A stretch of DNA of 63,079 nt, filler included, from Bigelowiella natans CCMP2755 (GCA_000320545.1; 8 parts of 8 records of this genome joined end to end with filler, not necessarily neighbours in it), one strand, 5' to 3'. Counted from the first letter of the whole stretch, positions 14,680-28,920 are shown. Made by a program: numbers and translations. The notes: generated by a model from the sequence alone, not told the origin.

Positions 14680-16558
14680 CTTTGACTTGTGGGAAGCTTC
14701 TTAGAGGGGGGGCTGGGTTCTCTCCGCGTCCGTCTGTCGGAGAATTGCTTCGCGCATGGCGCCGTAGCCATGTCGCAGATTAAATATCTCATGTATTTAT
14801 AACTTCATAGAAGTACCTGAATTTTGTTACTGCGACAATGATTGATGTGACAGAGCGGGGAAATTTCCGGAATTTTCTTTCGGCAATGGTGTGGAATGCC
14901 AAGACGAAGATGTTTCACGAAGAGTTTAAAAACAATATTATAGGATTCAAATTTTTTATTCCGACATAAGATAGGAATGGAATGTTGATTATTTTAGGGT
15001 ATTATGGCCTCCACAATTCCGTGGTGTGCTCTGATCTTTCCAAAGAGAAAGCGAGACATAAAAGCGTCGGGGAAATTACCATTATGCTACCAGGTATAAT
15101 AACATTAAAAATGAACCATATTTTAGTACTACGACATATTAATCAAACTTGTCTTTCTATTCAAATCAAAGCTTGCATTCTGAATTCTTCGTGGCTGCTC
15201 CGCCCCCTCAACCTTCCTCCCTATCCCCCTTTCCCCCCTCTATTTAAAATATCTCGGAGGAATTGCGAACACATGGAAGGAACAAGCGCTGAGAAACCAA
15301 CGCAAGAGGGGAATGCCGGTCTGAGCTTGGCTGGACTTCCGCCCAAACGATGCTGTGAAACCACCATCGCTGTGATCCACACTCTCAAGGCAGAGCTCGG
15401 GAAGGTCGTAGCGGAAGATGGGAGGGGGGGGTGCAGAAAAGTAAGAGCGGTTAGGCATTTGGGATTTCGTTCGAAATAGTCGGAGAGGACGAAGAAGAAA
15501 CGGAAGCTTTGTGGCATGGGGCCGCAAGCATCACCGAACGACATCATTCGTTAACCCCCTCTCCTCTGTGTGTGTGCTCGCCGGATAAATAAGGAATTGA
15601 AGGCGTTCGGGAGCCAAGCGGGCCTTGCAGAATTACTCAAGAGGTTTGACTAGAAGTAGACGCAGGGAGGGGGTTTGGAGGGGTTTGGAGGGATTTTAAG
15701 GCTTGCGTGTGCGGTATCCGTCATTCCCTCGCTTTGAATGCCATACACAGTGCGGTGTTAGACCAATCGCTGTTTGCCATCAACCATGCAATGTGTCATT
15801 TGCGCAACGTGATCTATTACCTGAGAAAAATTATCTCTGCGGCTAGGATAAAGCACACCTTGGTTAAAGTTTCGGTCTATCTGCTCAAGTCGAAGGACGG
15901 TTTCGAGTAAGGGACATTAGAACCGACTGCTCGCTGTGCATTTTATGATGCAAAGCTAACTATCATCATATGACGAAAGCATCGGCGTCCTTCTTTCTCG
16001 TTTCTTTCCTCTCCTTAATACAGCCCGAAACAACAAAACTTCCATGATGTGTCATCTGAGCCCCCAGCAGACGATATGTTTTTTTCTCGTGATTCTAGCC
16101 CTCCTCCAATCCCCACGTCCATGATTTTCTTCTCTACGTGGTATAACAATTTGTCTATTCTTTCTTCTTCTTCTTCTTCTTCTTCTTCTTCTTCTTCTTC
16201 TTCTTCTTCTTCTCTTCTTCTTCTTCCAGAGACCTGGGCATTCTATGCGATGAGGTCGTTTCAGTCGCTCACGCATTTNNNNNNNNNNNNNNNNNNNNNN
16301 NNNNNNNNNNNNNNNNNNNNNNTTAATTAATTAANNNNNNNNNNNNNNNNNNNNNNNNNNNNNNNNNNNNNNNNNNNNCGAAAGATGATGATATCGGATA
16401 AGCACGGAGTAGACTCTTTCAACCTCCTCTATACTCCTCTCTATCTATCTCCTTTTCCTTAAGAATGGGAATGATTGTGATGTGCGGCGACGATGTCCTG
16501 TTCCATCTCCCCCTCAATCTCCCCCCTCCCTTGGCCCCCCCCCCTGGCTGTGTATCAG

Positions 16559-18925
16559 GACGTCACAAATGTGCTGCAAAATGCCAACACCCCAAAGGGT
16601 GTACCTGCCCGCCTTCGCGCTCGGCGACGACTCCGCCCCATCGACCTTTCGGCTTTCCAACATTGTAAGCATTGGAGACGATGCTGTAGCAGGCAGGCTT
16701 GACTATACCTTGAGCGTTCTGCCTTCACGGGTGCGTGCGTGCGTGGGTATGTGTGTGTGTGTGTGTGTATGTGCGTGTGTGTGTGCGAGCGAGATCCTCC
16801 GTCGTCGCCGCTTGTTCCTTTTTATGAAGCACCATTCGCGTTTGGTCGGAGAAGTTGATATTATTGCTTGTACTTGTGCGCGCGCGCGCGCACTATTCCA
16901 CCCTACCACTTCTACAAATGATCATGCCCAGAACCGAGCGTCGTCGTCGTCGTCGTGGCCGTCAAAAACTAGGGCGCTTCCAACGACCATTAATATCTCT
17001 CTCTCTCTCTCTCTCTCCCTCCCTCCCTCTCTCCCCAAGGTGGTTCCATGCATCAACGGAGGACGCGTGGCCTATAGCCTACCCGCATCCCCATCATCCT
17101 CACCCCCCCCCCCACCAAGACTTCTGGAGTTCAGCTCCAACTGCTCCTCTGATGTTGGCGGGGAGGGAGGCAACGACGCCGGTCCTCTGGCCCTCCGCCA
17201 GTGGAGTTTGTCCCGCAGAGATGGCCTGCCGCTCACACCGGAACAGGGGGGGGGGGCACGGCCGCCGCTGACAGTGGTTGACCCACCTCTCGGTCTTCGT
17301 GCTACCGTTGATGCGTCGCTCCTGCGACAAGGAGAGCACACGCTCACGCTATCGACGACTGGTAGTTAGCTGTTACTTTTTCCAGGATTTTCCGACACTT
17401 TAGAAGCACCATATAGTATCGTTAGATGCCCCCCTCCCCTTCTCACCCCCCGTCGCAAGTTACCGAATCGTGCAAGGCGGCGGTGTTGCTGTCGCGTCGC
17501 CGCATGTCCGAAGAGCTTTCAATGTCGATTCCTCCCACCCCCCCCCCACACCGCCCCCCGCCGACCCCTTCTGCTAGGCCTATCGGTATCGCAATCCATC
17601 ATCATCACGCCAGAGGTCGGAGGAATAGATCCCCAAATAATCAGGTGTGTGCGATGCCCTGCGTCGCGTCGCGTCGCCTCCCCCCCCCTTTTTGCCCTCC
17701 TCAAATGAAGTGATCATTCGATCAAACTATTTGACAGAATTTCCAGCAGCGTTGGGGCGGAACTTGCATTTAACGGCTCGGGCGATTCCAGCGACCGCCT
17801 GCGTTTCAGTGTGGAGATGCCATGGCTCGGAGACACAATCGATGGCACGTATCAATGGTGAGTCAATGGGAGGAAAGCAGCGAGTTGGCGATGATGAGGA
17901 TGAGGGGGGGTAGGGGGGGGGGGGAGGGAAGGAGGCTACTCATCAGTAAAATAATCCGCATTCTCACTTCGCAGCAGCATCAGCACGTCCCGGCAATAGC
18001 AGCCGTCCTGTCCTCATCGATCGTCGAACTTACAATTTCAAAAAAAATGGATGCATGTCTTCAGGACGCTCACAGATCTGGATCAGAGTGCCGTCGTGCC
18101 CCTGCAGCCCCTCATCCGCGTCCCCACGCCAACGCTGCCGTTCCTGGCCCTCCGACCCTCCGCCCTCCGCGAGGCTACTCGGTATCTCCTCGAAGTGGAG
18201 GCGGTTGGGGCGTCGCCGCCCTTCCGCAGCAGCTTGGAAATCGTGCCAAACACCCCCCCCTTCGGCGGAGACTGCGCCATCGCCCCCCCCCCGACGATGG
18301 AGGGGCTTCTCGTGGGGGACTTCGTCCAGTACGACGTCGCGTGCACGGGATGGAGAGGGTCACTTGCCGCTGCGCTCGAAGGCCCACTCACATACCAATT
18401 TAACAGGGGGATGATGCTTGGGTCGTCCCCGTCAGCGTCCTCGGCGCTGCGGTCGTCGTTCTTCCAGCGAGCCGCCGCCCCTCAGCTGCTGCTCGTGCCG
18501 CTCTCGGGGAGACAACTCTCGCCGAACATCAGCGCCCAGATCCCCATCGTCGCCGAGACGATGACCACGCGTTTCGTGGTTTACATCTCCGACTCCCTGG
18601 GTGATGAGACGATGCTCCAGGTCGATCAGACGCTGGACATAACCAGCGCGACGGCGGCGGCGGCGGCTGCCCCCCCCCTATCCGTAGCCAGTCGTTTGGA
18701 TGGCGCATGCCAACTGATGGAGGAGGGCGGCGACCCGTTCCGCGTATTGACTCTCTTCGCTGCTATCGTGGAGCAGGTGAACCAGCCGCTCAGCCCGGAG
18801 AATCGTGCGGATATTGTCGGGAAGATTCGGGACTTCGTTGGGGGGGGGGGGGGGGGGCTCCTCGGAGGAGGAGCTACAGGGTGCGACCTCCGTCCTTGCT
18901 GCTGTGACATACTGCGAAGGTCAGC

Positions 18926-18965
<40 letters not shown>

Positions 18966-20284
18966 GTGGTGGTGGTGGTGTTTGCTGAGTAGATCTTCCC
19001 AAAGGTGGTGGGGGGGGGGGTCTCTATACCTCTTTTAGTAGCCAATAATAACCATTCAGGGGACATTCTAAACCGCACTCGCTTCAACTCTTTATCTGCC
19101 GTCGACGCCGTGCTACGATCAAACGTTTACGAGCACGAGGAGGGGGGGGGCGGGACAGCAGGGACGACGACGACGTCACAAAACCTGCTCGCTGTGCTGG
19201 CCAACATTCAGCAGGCAAACAATGCGATGATAATGATGATGATAATGATGATAATGGTGATGCTTGCTCGTTGAATGATTGCGCATGGAGGTCCGGCGTC
19301 GAATGTTGGGTATATATTCATCCGTAACAACAAACAATTGATTTTCTATCTACCTCCCTCCTCCCTCCCCCCTCCTCGTCTCCCATCACATGTTCAGACG
19401 GCGACCTTGACCGGCGACTTGGAGCAGCGCGTTGCCATATCCTCTCTCGTGGAGGCCGCCAGCCTCACCCTCGCCCTGTCGCTCCTGCGAGGGGGGGCGG
19501 CAGAATCACTGCCGTTTGAAACGACCGAGGAGATCGCCTCCTTCGCTGTGCCCCCGCGCCAGTGCGAGGAGGCTGGGGCAGAGGAAGAGCAGCTCCTGGT
19601 AGCCTCCGCGCGAAGAATCGTCCCGCTCCAAACGCCGGACCGCACGCTGGTTACGATCAGCACGACGCTGCGGCTGAACGAGCTCAGCAGCTTGGAATCG
19701 GGCGCGGAGATCGTCGTGAGCGCCATCGTGGCCGTCCCGGAGGGGGAGGGCGTCGATGTCATCGCGGCGTTTTCAAACCGGGGGACTTTCCCAGGACTCG
19801 TAGACACAGGCGTGCTCTCGGTGGAGCTGCGGCTCGCGTCGAGCGGAGAGCGCCTCAGCGACGACGCGCTGGTGGCTACTGGGAGCACAGCACTGCTCTT
19901 CGAGCAGCAATGCACCCCCGGCGGTGACGGGGGCAGTGGGGATGATGATGCTAGCAGCAGCAGCGGCGGCTATGAGGAGTGCGCCCCCCTCGCCTCCCTG
20001 CCCTCCACGTTTCTATACCTGCTCACGATCCCAGACCCTTCGGGGGCAGCCAACACCTGCCAGTTCTGGAACGCGACGACGTTGGCGTGGGAGACGACCG
20101 GCACGTTCTTCGTTGGGAGGACGACTGTTTTCTCGACGGGGGAGGATGAGAATGCCAACAGCAGTGCGATCGTGTGCATTAGCACGCACCTGACGGCGTT
20201 CAGTGGGGTGAGACTTGAGGTCAACGAGCCAGGGCAGGTCGAGGAGGACTCCTTCACGTACAGAAACCCGGTGAGAAAGTGGAA

Positions 20285-20326
<42 letters not shown>

Positions 20327-20658
20327 CGCTCTGTGCGTGTGCGTGTATTGAGTGAGGCTGTGCTGCTGCTGCGTTGTTCGCAGGTAGCAGCTTGTCCTCA
20401 CTATCATTCACTATCATTCACTATCATCATCATCATCAGCATCATCATGATGGCGTTTTAACCGCCTTCTGGACGTTATATATAGTACTACCTTCCACTC
20501 CTCCGCCCTGTCCCCATTCCCCCTCCACCTGCATACTAGGTGATGATCCTCTGCTGCGTGCTCCTGGTCGTGTACTTCGTCGGCGTTTGCTTTGCCTACG
20601 GGAGGGACGCACGCGCCGTCTTGAGACTGCGACGAGTTGATAAGAATGAGGGCGCAGG
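16559..20658 (+). CDS. Polycystin-1-like membrane protein (REJ domain, GAIN/GPS, first TM helix), ends uncertain
   Basis: REJ-like motifs NTPPFGGDCAIAP, CTGW...PLTYQF and VYISDSLG. GPS CQFWNATTLAWETTG...VCISTHLTAF at 20058-20201. Splices to TM segment NP|VMILCCVLLVVYFVGVCFAYGRD. Confidence 0.75.
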
Positions 20659-20674
20659 GTCAGTCCATTCTTCG

Positions 20675-20706
<32 letters not shown>

Positions 20707-20729
20707 TACATCATGTTTATATGTATATG

Positions 20730-20778
<49 letters not shown>

Positions 20779-21586
20779 CGTGCAAGACACTCTCATTTCT
20801 TACGCATGCTGATCTAGTCGCAATGGGAGATAATGAACGTCCAAATGAGTTCTTTCCCCTCCTTCCCAATCTTCAATTATTTCATTTCTTACAAACAGGT
20901 GCTTTCATATGCTGGCAAAGCTTTTCCACTTCTCCATCAAGTTATTAACCTTGTGGATAACTTTATGGGAGAAAAGATACAGGTCAAGCCTGGGACTTAT
21001 CTCATTTATCATGATGCTCAGACTAAGCTGACAGCCCCGTTGTCAAATTGTCAGCCACGAGCAATTGAAGCAGCAGCATCAGCGGCAGCAATTTCACTAA
21101 GAGATATGAACCGTCTCTTGAACTCTAATGCTACGCAAACCTCGAGAGGAATAGGGTAGGTTAGGGTCCGATATGCACTGTAGTATATCTTTATTCTAAA
21201 TCTGATTTTTTTACTATATAGTAGTAGCTTGTCTCATGGGAACGGTACGCCAAAGCATTTTGGAAGGATTATACGAACAAAAGGTTAAGTTTACTCTAAT
21301 CTGTTTTATTTTCTAGCAAGTACGTATTCGCAATGTGACACATTCTACAATGAATCGATTATTATCTCTTGGGCTCTCTATACAGCATTATCTAAAGTGC
21401 GATCCAAACTTGCCTTNNNNNNNNNNNNNNNNNNNNNNNNNNNNNNNNNNNNNNNNNNNNTTAATTAATTAANNNNNNNNNNNNNNNNNNNNNNNNNNNN
21501 NNNNNNNNNNNNNNNNCTCTCTCTCTCTCTCTCTCCCTCTCTCTCTCCATCCCCCTCCCCACATTTGTAATGTGTATAATTTTCAG

Positions 21587-22018
21587 CGATGGGGATTGAT
21601 CTGGGGAATCTGGACGACGAAGAAGAAGACAACGACGACGAGAACGATCCATCTAAGGCATCGCAAGCTAATACGCCACACGCAGCCGACACTTCAAATA
21701 CTCTAAAGAAGACGACTACGAGTATCGTCACCACGAAGGAAGTTGATGGAGATGTTAAGACTACCAAGGAGGTATTTGTCGCATATTTATCCCTCTAGTT
21801 ATGTGAAATGGCAATGTTGTTTCATTTGGGCATCATCAGTCGAGATTCATTGTATAATTCTTCTCGATCGGTGTTTGAAAGGATGGACCTTCCAAAAAAG
21901 ACGCTGCTGCTGAGACAGCAGCTCCAAAGACAACGGCAGCAACACCGCTATCAGGAGACGTAGGCAATATGGTCGGCCATGACAATTACAAAACCATACT
22001 GTGATACTCATAGTTTCG

Positions 22019-22055
<37 letters not shown>

Positions 22056-23852
22056 GATCACTGCCATAATGATAATCATCAATTAGAGCCGTGAGCAGTT
22101 ACTTGAAAAGATGAAAGCCCTCCAAGAGCAGCACAATCAGCTTAAGAAAACGCTATCGGAGGTGGTTATAGAAGTAGAAGTAGCACCTGTGAGTTAGTGG
22201 ATGGCTTGCTGAAGAAGCTGAGAACTACTATGTCATTGTTATGTCTACTCTTGAGCCTTGTCTTTGCGTGAGTGTGTGTGTGTGTGTGTGTGTACGTGTG
22301 TGTACGTGGAATACAACAAAGCGATAAGGATTAGATGTGACTTGCTTGCCGCTGCTAATAAGATGAAACTATTCAATTCAGAATCAGATCGAAACAAACG
22401 AATCGGCCTCGAACCCTCGCTTCAGTGCTCCGGCAAGGACAACAGCAGCAGCAGCAGTAGGAAAAACAGACACAAAACAGCCGGAAAAGATGCCGTCTGT
22501 AGTCAAACGCCGGGGAAGGTCAAAAAAATTTCATAATCGAAAATCAATTTTATGTCGAAATTCATTAATGAAAACATAAATTTCCTGCAGGTGCTGTTGT
22601 AACTCTGTTGTATCGTTTTCCATGGAAACATGAATTAAATACTAGCACAAGCAAAACACACACTCTCTCTCACACACACACACACTACAGGAAGCGTGCC
22701 GTAAAGGTGATCGTAGTAGGAAACTCTAAGTGCGGCAAAACCTCCATCATCAATCGGTCGGTTTAAGAGAGTATGAGGAGGAGGAGGGAGGGAGGCATCT
22801 GAGATGACGGCATGACAAGTGCAACGCGGAGAGCTAGAGGACTGTTTCAGCCTGATTGACTCCTTTTCTTCTTCTTCTCGCCCCTCGTTTTACCCCTTCT
22901 TCTACTCATTGCAATCCGTACCTTCATGACACTAATTATCCAACTTGTAATACTATTGAAGGTATGTCAAGAATGTGTTCTCGAATGAGTATAAGTACAC
23001 AATCGGATGTGACTACTCGATGAAGCAGGTGCTGCTACTAGTAACTGCATCGTTGCTGCTGTTGTTGCTGCTGCATGGCTTCCGCATGCATCTGAACGAA
23101 TTGTGTCATCATCATCGTCATCACCATCATATCGCTGCTACGATGGCCAACCAACAGCTCGAGATGTAGTAATTACTCCATGGTGTTCATATCATTATCA
23201 TCATTATTTTTATTATCAAAGTTGCCATCATAATCATCCTTCATCGTTGCTTAGGTGCAAGTTACTCCTGACATCACGGTCCGCCTGCAGCTTTGGGATA
23301 TAGCTGGGCAAGATCGATTCATTCACCTCTCCCGTGCATTCTTCAAAAACTCCGCCGGAGCAATGTATGATCCCCCTCCTCCTCCTCCCCCCCCCTCCTT
23401 CGATCTCTACTACGGTGATGAAAAACAGCTGTAAATAAGTGAGAGGGCAGGAATATATCAAGCTCAACATCCTGCTTTCACCAATGAGCTGTCTTCTTTC
23501 CTCTGAGTAGTAGTAGTAGTAGTAGTATGCATCAGTCAATCAACCTATCACCAACAGCCCGCACTCAGCAACTAACACAGTGTGGTTATGTATTATTGCA
23601 TGGCACTGCTGGTTCAAAACATACATCAGTCTCGTCTGCGATGTGACGCGACCAGCTACGATGGAGGCGCTGAGAAATTGGAAAGGCGAGTTGGACAAGG
23701 TTGATACTGTGTGAAAAGGAAGAGGGGGAGAGGGCTGTGTAAATGTTTTATGTTTCTTCAACGACATAATCGTGATCATTCACACTGGTGAAGTATCATC
23801 AATCGGTTCTACCCACCGCACTTATCACTGTGCTGTTGTTGCTGCTGATGCT

Positions 23853-23895
<43 letters not shown>

Positions 23896-23978
23896 CGCCT
23901 GCCTGCCTGCCTGCCTGCACATGTACGTCATCATTATGAGATGTGCATGGTGTAGTAGTAGTAGTAGTAGTAGTAGAA

Positions 23979-24010
<32 letters not shown>

Positions 24011-24451
24011 AATATTAAGGGGCTGATCGAGGAGGCGAAGGCTAAAGGTGTGTCCGTACCGGTGATCATGATCGCAAACAAGGTGGATCTGCTCCCTGAT
24101 GTGCAGGTAATCATCATCATAATACTAATACCTAAAATGGTAGGGGGGGGGGGGGGATGGCACAAAAAAAAAAAAGCTGGCATTCCTCTTCCAATCCATC
24201 TCACGGTTGCTGTTGCTGCTGCTGTTTTGATTGCTTACACGCACGCACGCACGCATGCACGCAGAAATCCATTGCTGTGGGTGCGGATGCGCAAAAGCTG
24301 TCGGAGGATATGAATCTCGATGGGTGGTTCATCGGATCGGCCAAAGCGGACGAAAAGATCACGGAAGCGATGATGTTCCTGCTCAAGAAGATTGTGGGAG
24401 TTGATTCGGTAGTGGTTAGATGTGGCAATATCATGTCGGAGTATACATATT

Positions 24452-24508
<57 letters not shown>

Positions 24509-24872
24509 TTTGCATCGGTATCATCCTTGTCAACATCGTCTTTGCCTGGATTGTAACCCTAATTTTTGGCAACAGGACAACGCAAAAACCGTCCCAAATC
24601 TGAAAGATGTCCCTGATAAAGATGCAGCACCAGGAGCCCATCAGACTCCAGCAGCTGCTCAGAAACAACCCGTTGCTGCTGCTGCTGCTGGAGGAGGAGG
24701 AGAAGGAGCACGGAAAACGCCAGGATCATCTTCGAAAAGGAAATTTAAGTTAAGACTACCAGGAAGTCGCCGCCAAACGCCGGAGAAGCAATCTGGATCG
24801 GCAACGACCATAGATCTCGCAAAGGGAAGGGATAGGAAAATGAAGAGAGAGAAAGAGTGCTGCATCGTATAA
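21587..24872 (+). CDS. Rab GTPase of the Rab32/38/29 group with long N- and C-terminal extensions
   Basis: VKVIVVGNSKCGKTSIINR|YVKNVFSNEYKYTIGCDY / LQLWDIAGQDRF / IANKVDL / GSAK. C-terminal CCIV prenylation signal. WDIAGQ is diagnostic of Rab32/38/29. Confidence 0.88.
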
Positions 24873-24985
24873 GTCACAGCTATCAGTAACATTATAATAC
24901 CACGCACATTCGCCCCTTTTCTCACTCAGCACGACCTCTCTCACAGTGTATTATTCACTGTCGTCAATGAGTTATGCAAAGACGA

Positions 24986-25021
<36 letters not shown>

Positions 25022-25339
25022 AAGTCGAGTACTCCTAACTAATCCCTGCCCTCACCCATCGATATTTTGAAAACTGCTTGCCCATTCCCATCTCCTCTAA
25101 GCTACCAGAGGAGACGATAGAGCTGCATGTCTGTTGCATGCACGTGACCATCGATATCATTCATTTGCTCTCGATCAGTCCTGTAGTTGTCTTGTACCCT
25201 CCCTAGGGTATCTATTTGACGAATGTATCATGTGAAATACCCATTTTCTCATCATGATTTACAAGAATTCATCCACGTTAACTTCACGTATAATGATAGA
25301 ACTGAAAGCATAAGATATCCTGCACCGCTATTCTAGTAT

Positions 25340-26990
25340 TGTGCGCTGCAGACCAGCTAGCCATCTCTAGAACTCTATATTACTGAAGCGCGCAGCGCGG
25401 GCATTGCTAGATTGTTACGCACACGTCCTAGACGTCACTCTATGAACAAACGTCTAGAACGTGCTTGCTGACAATTACATATTTGTACGTAGGAATAATT
25501 CGAATTACTATAAAGCATGATGATAGTCGACGACGAATTCGCATCGCAGCTCTAGAATCGAAGCTATAGAAGTGCTACTCAGAGTCCCCTCTAGCCCTGG
25601 TCTAGCAGCTAGCTAGCAGCTAGCTATTGACTATTGACATTAACGACAGGCACCGCTAGTACTAGCTAGCTAGAGTAGGTAGTAGACAGCTCGCTAGCTC
25701 GCTCCGTCCGTATATAGCGTGCTAGTGTGTACTAATCTAGTAATGCATGCAGTGCTAGAGTGCTAGAGTGTGCTAGCTAGCTAGTGTGGCTTGATGCCAT
25801 GGAATTCCCCATAGCAGCAGCTAGCTAGTTTGTTAGTCTGGCTAGCTAGCTAGCTAGCGCAGAGCTATCTATCTAGTCACATTAGTCTAGTAGTCTAGCT
25901 AGCTCTAGCTACTAGCTCTAGCTAGCTAGTACGTAGAGTGCGCTATGCGCGCGCGCTGCATCTAGCTAGTAGGCACATCCAGTGACAGTCGGCAGCTAGC
26001 TTGCTATAGCTTGCTACATGATTGTCTACTCTAGCTCTAGAGCTAGCTAGTGCTAGTCATGGTGATGCTAGAATGCAACAACGCTATGACGCTAGAACGT
26101 CTCGCTATCATTGCTAGCTACACTAGTACAAATCATTCATCTAGCAGTCTAGTCTAGTAGTACTTGAGTGTAGTTGTCTAGCTAGCTAGCCAAGCTAGTG
26201 AGTCCTAGCTAGCTAGCTAGCTAGTCATAGCAGACATCTCTAGATCTGCAATCATCCTAGCATCTAGCCATCATTCTAGTCTAGCTAGCTAGTAGTCATT
26301 GCATGCTAGAATGCGTCTTGCATCTAGCTCTGGCTAGCTGGAGCTCTAGCATGGCTAGATGGAGCCAACTAACAAAGTCTAAATCTATGGATCTAGCTAG
26401 CTAGAGATGTCCATGCTAGCTAGCTCTAGCTAGCTAGAATGTGCACATCTAGACATGCTAGCTAGCTAGCGTACATGCGCGTACATGCTAGCTAGCTAGA
26501 CAGCTAGCTAGCTAGACAGCTAGCTAGCTAGACAGGCTTGAGGCTGAGATAGCTGAGGCTAGCTGCTAGCTAGGAACAGCTCGTGAAAACATGAACCCTA
26601 GACAGCCTCTAGCTAGCTAGCTAGCTAGGCTCTAGTAGCTAGGGAGGCCTGGCGGACGTCTGCTATGCATCGCTAGATCGCACAGACGACGCATGACACT
26701 GCAGACACATCAGTCAGACATTCGACACATCTAGACATGCATGGTAGCACTTAGCATGTGCTAGTGCTCATAGCTAGCAGCAATGCTCTCGCTAAGATTT
26801 TCAATTAAATGCGACGACCGACAGGTGTGCTGCTGAAGCTAGAAAGTCTAGCTAATGTGATTCTTGAGACACATCTAGACATGTAAGCTGGAAAAAGCTA
26901 GACATTGGGACATGCTGCCCAGTTTAAAAGTTACATCTTTACATACACGCATCCAATGATGCGATCTAGACGATTTGACTAGATAAACAC
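25340..26990. repeat. Extremely CTAG-rich non-coding island (island 2)
   Basis: About 1.6 kb of interspersed (GCTA)n runs and ACATCTAGAC motifs. Almost no ORF of 60 aa or more because TAG occurs on both strands. Confidence 0.85.
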
Positions 26991-27016
26991 ACGAATATAT
27001 ATGCGTGTAATAAATA

Positions 27017-27075
<59 letters not shown>

Positions 27076-27184
27076 ACATTTCAACCATAAAAACTTTCCT
27101 GTGTGCTTCCAAATAGATGTAATCAGTCTACTCATTACAGCAGCTGATGCTATGTATTATTAAATGCGACGACGACGACGATGA

Positions 27185-27565
27185 TTATAATGTGAATTCT
27201 CCACTTCTATCCAGTTTGGAAGCCCTTCCGAAAATCTCTTCCAGATTTGACCTATTGGTTTAATGATGCCGCATCAAATACGATAATTTCAATGAGCATC
27301 ACGTCAAGAACAATAAAAGCTTGTCTTCAGCTGCGCTGAGTTCGCCCAATAACCGACAACATGCGACATTGTAGGCGCCCACATCGAACGATCAGGGTCA
27401 TTGCATTATATTTTGTGTATTCAATAGTCTATCCTTAATTACACCTACTTCCCCACACTAAAACCCCCTAACTATTTATTTAAACGTGTTATACGTGTAT
27501 TTTGGCACAGGCAGGTCTCCAAGATGTGACGAATAAGATACTTAGTGTAGTAACGATAGTTGTGC

Positions 27566-27598
<33 letters not shown>

Positions 27599-27921
27599 AA
27601 AGAAGTAGTCGTGGTAGTACTTCTCGCTGAGAGATTTTAGCTTTTCTTCATAGAATTCCACCGAAGAGGACGGAAATGGCACGCGCCTTGATTCGATCAC
27701 ATCAGAAGCCATCACCAACATAGAAGGCATGTTAAGGGAGAGTAGGGAGTACTACACATAATGACAGATATTAAGCTACTTCCTTTGTTTTGACTATCAT
27801 CACCATCAACACCACCATTTTCGTTTAATATAGTTATGAATATTCGTGTACTCGTCTTCATCATTTTTTGAACGCAATGATAGTAGCATAATTATTAGTT
27901 GTAGTAGTCGTAGTAAAGCTC

Positions 27922-27957
<36 letters not shown>

Positions 27958-28198
27958 ACTGATCATATCTATTCACCTTGCAGCAGCAGCAGCATCAGCA
28001 GCATCGGCAGCAGATATAGCAGCAGCAGCATCATGATCAGGCTGCCATCCTAGGAGAAAATATAGAAGCCAAAGTGATGATATTTAGGAATGAATGAATG
28101 AAGGGCCACTAAGGGACGAATCAACCATGGCTGAAAGGCGTGTAAGTGGAAGAGGAGGAGGTGGAGGAGGAGGAGGAAGCTGGAGAAGGAGAGAGGGA

Positions 28199-28238
<40 letters not shown>

Positions 28239-28750
28239 AATGGATCCATCGATCTTTATTGCATAATGAAAGTTGCAATGTCCGAGGTGAGCATCAATAT
28301 GCATCATCGTACATACCATTTGCTGCTGTCGCCCCCTCGTAATTATCATCAGCAGCTACTGTCGTGACTTTGGCAGCCGCAGCAGCTGTACGTCTTTCTA
28401 GAACCGCACTTCTTCGCAATGCCTTGGCCTTAAGCTAAGATTGTTGATAAGGAGGAGGGGGAGGAAAGGAACATGATAATTCGTTCCATCACCACCACCA
28501 CCACTATCATCATCATTATCACCACTGTCATCATCATCATCATCATCGTCGTCGTCGTCGTCGTCGTCGCTAGAAGTGAATCGGTAAATGCGCTTTTTTA
28601 CCACTATTACAACGAAAACAACAACAACTACTACTACTACTACTAGAATGAAGGAGAATTACCCGTCTTTCTCTCTCCTCTTGAATTCTCCTCTGAATAC
28701 ATATTTGTGCATCACCACCACACAGTACATTATTGTATGCTGCATTTGTG

Positions 28751-28789
<39 letters not shown>

Positions 28790-28882
28790 CGATTAGTGGC
28801 ACTACTACTTACTCGGTTCTCCTCCACTGCCCTCTCTTTCATCTGCATCTTTTTCATCTTCAATTTTTGTTCGGCCTTGTAT

Positions 28883-28920
<38 letters not shown>

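Noticed and set aside
14880-16270. Possible plus-strand gene divergent from SerRS
   Set aside because: No consistent spliced frame or motif could be assembled by eye.
25340-26990. CRISPR array or regular satellite
   Set aside because: There is no constant repeat-spacer period, and the motifs are short and irregular.
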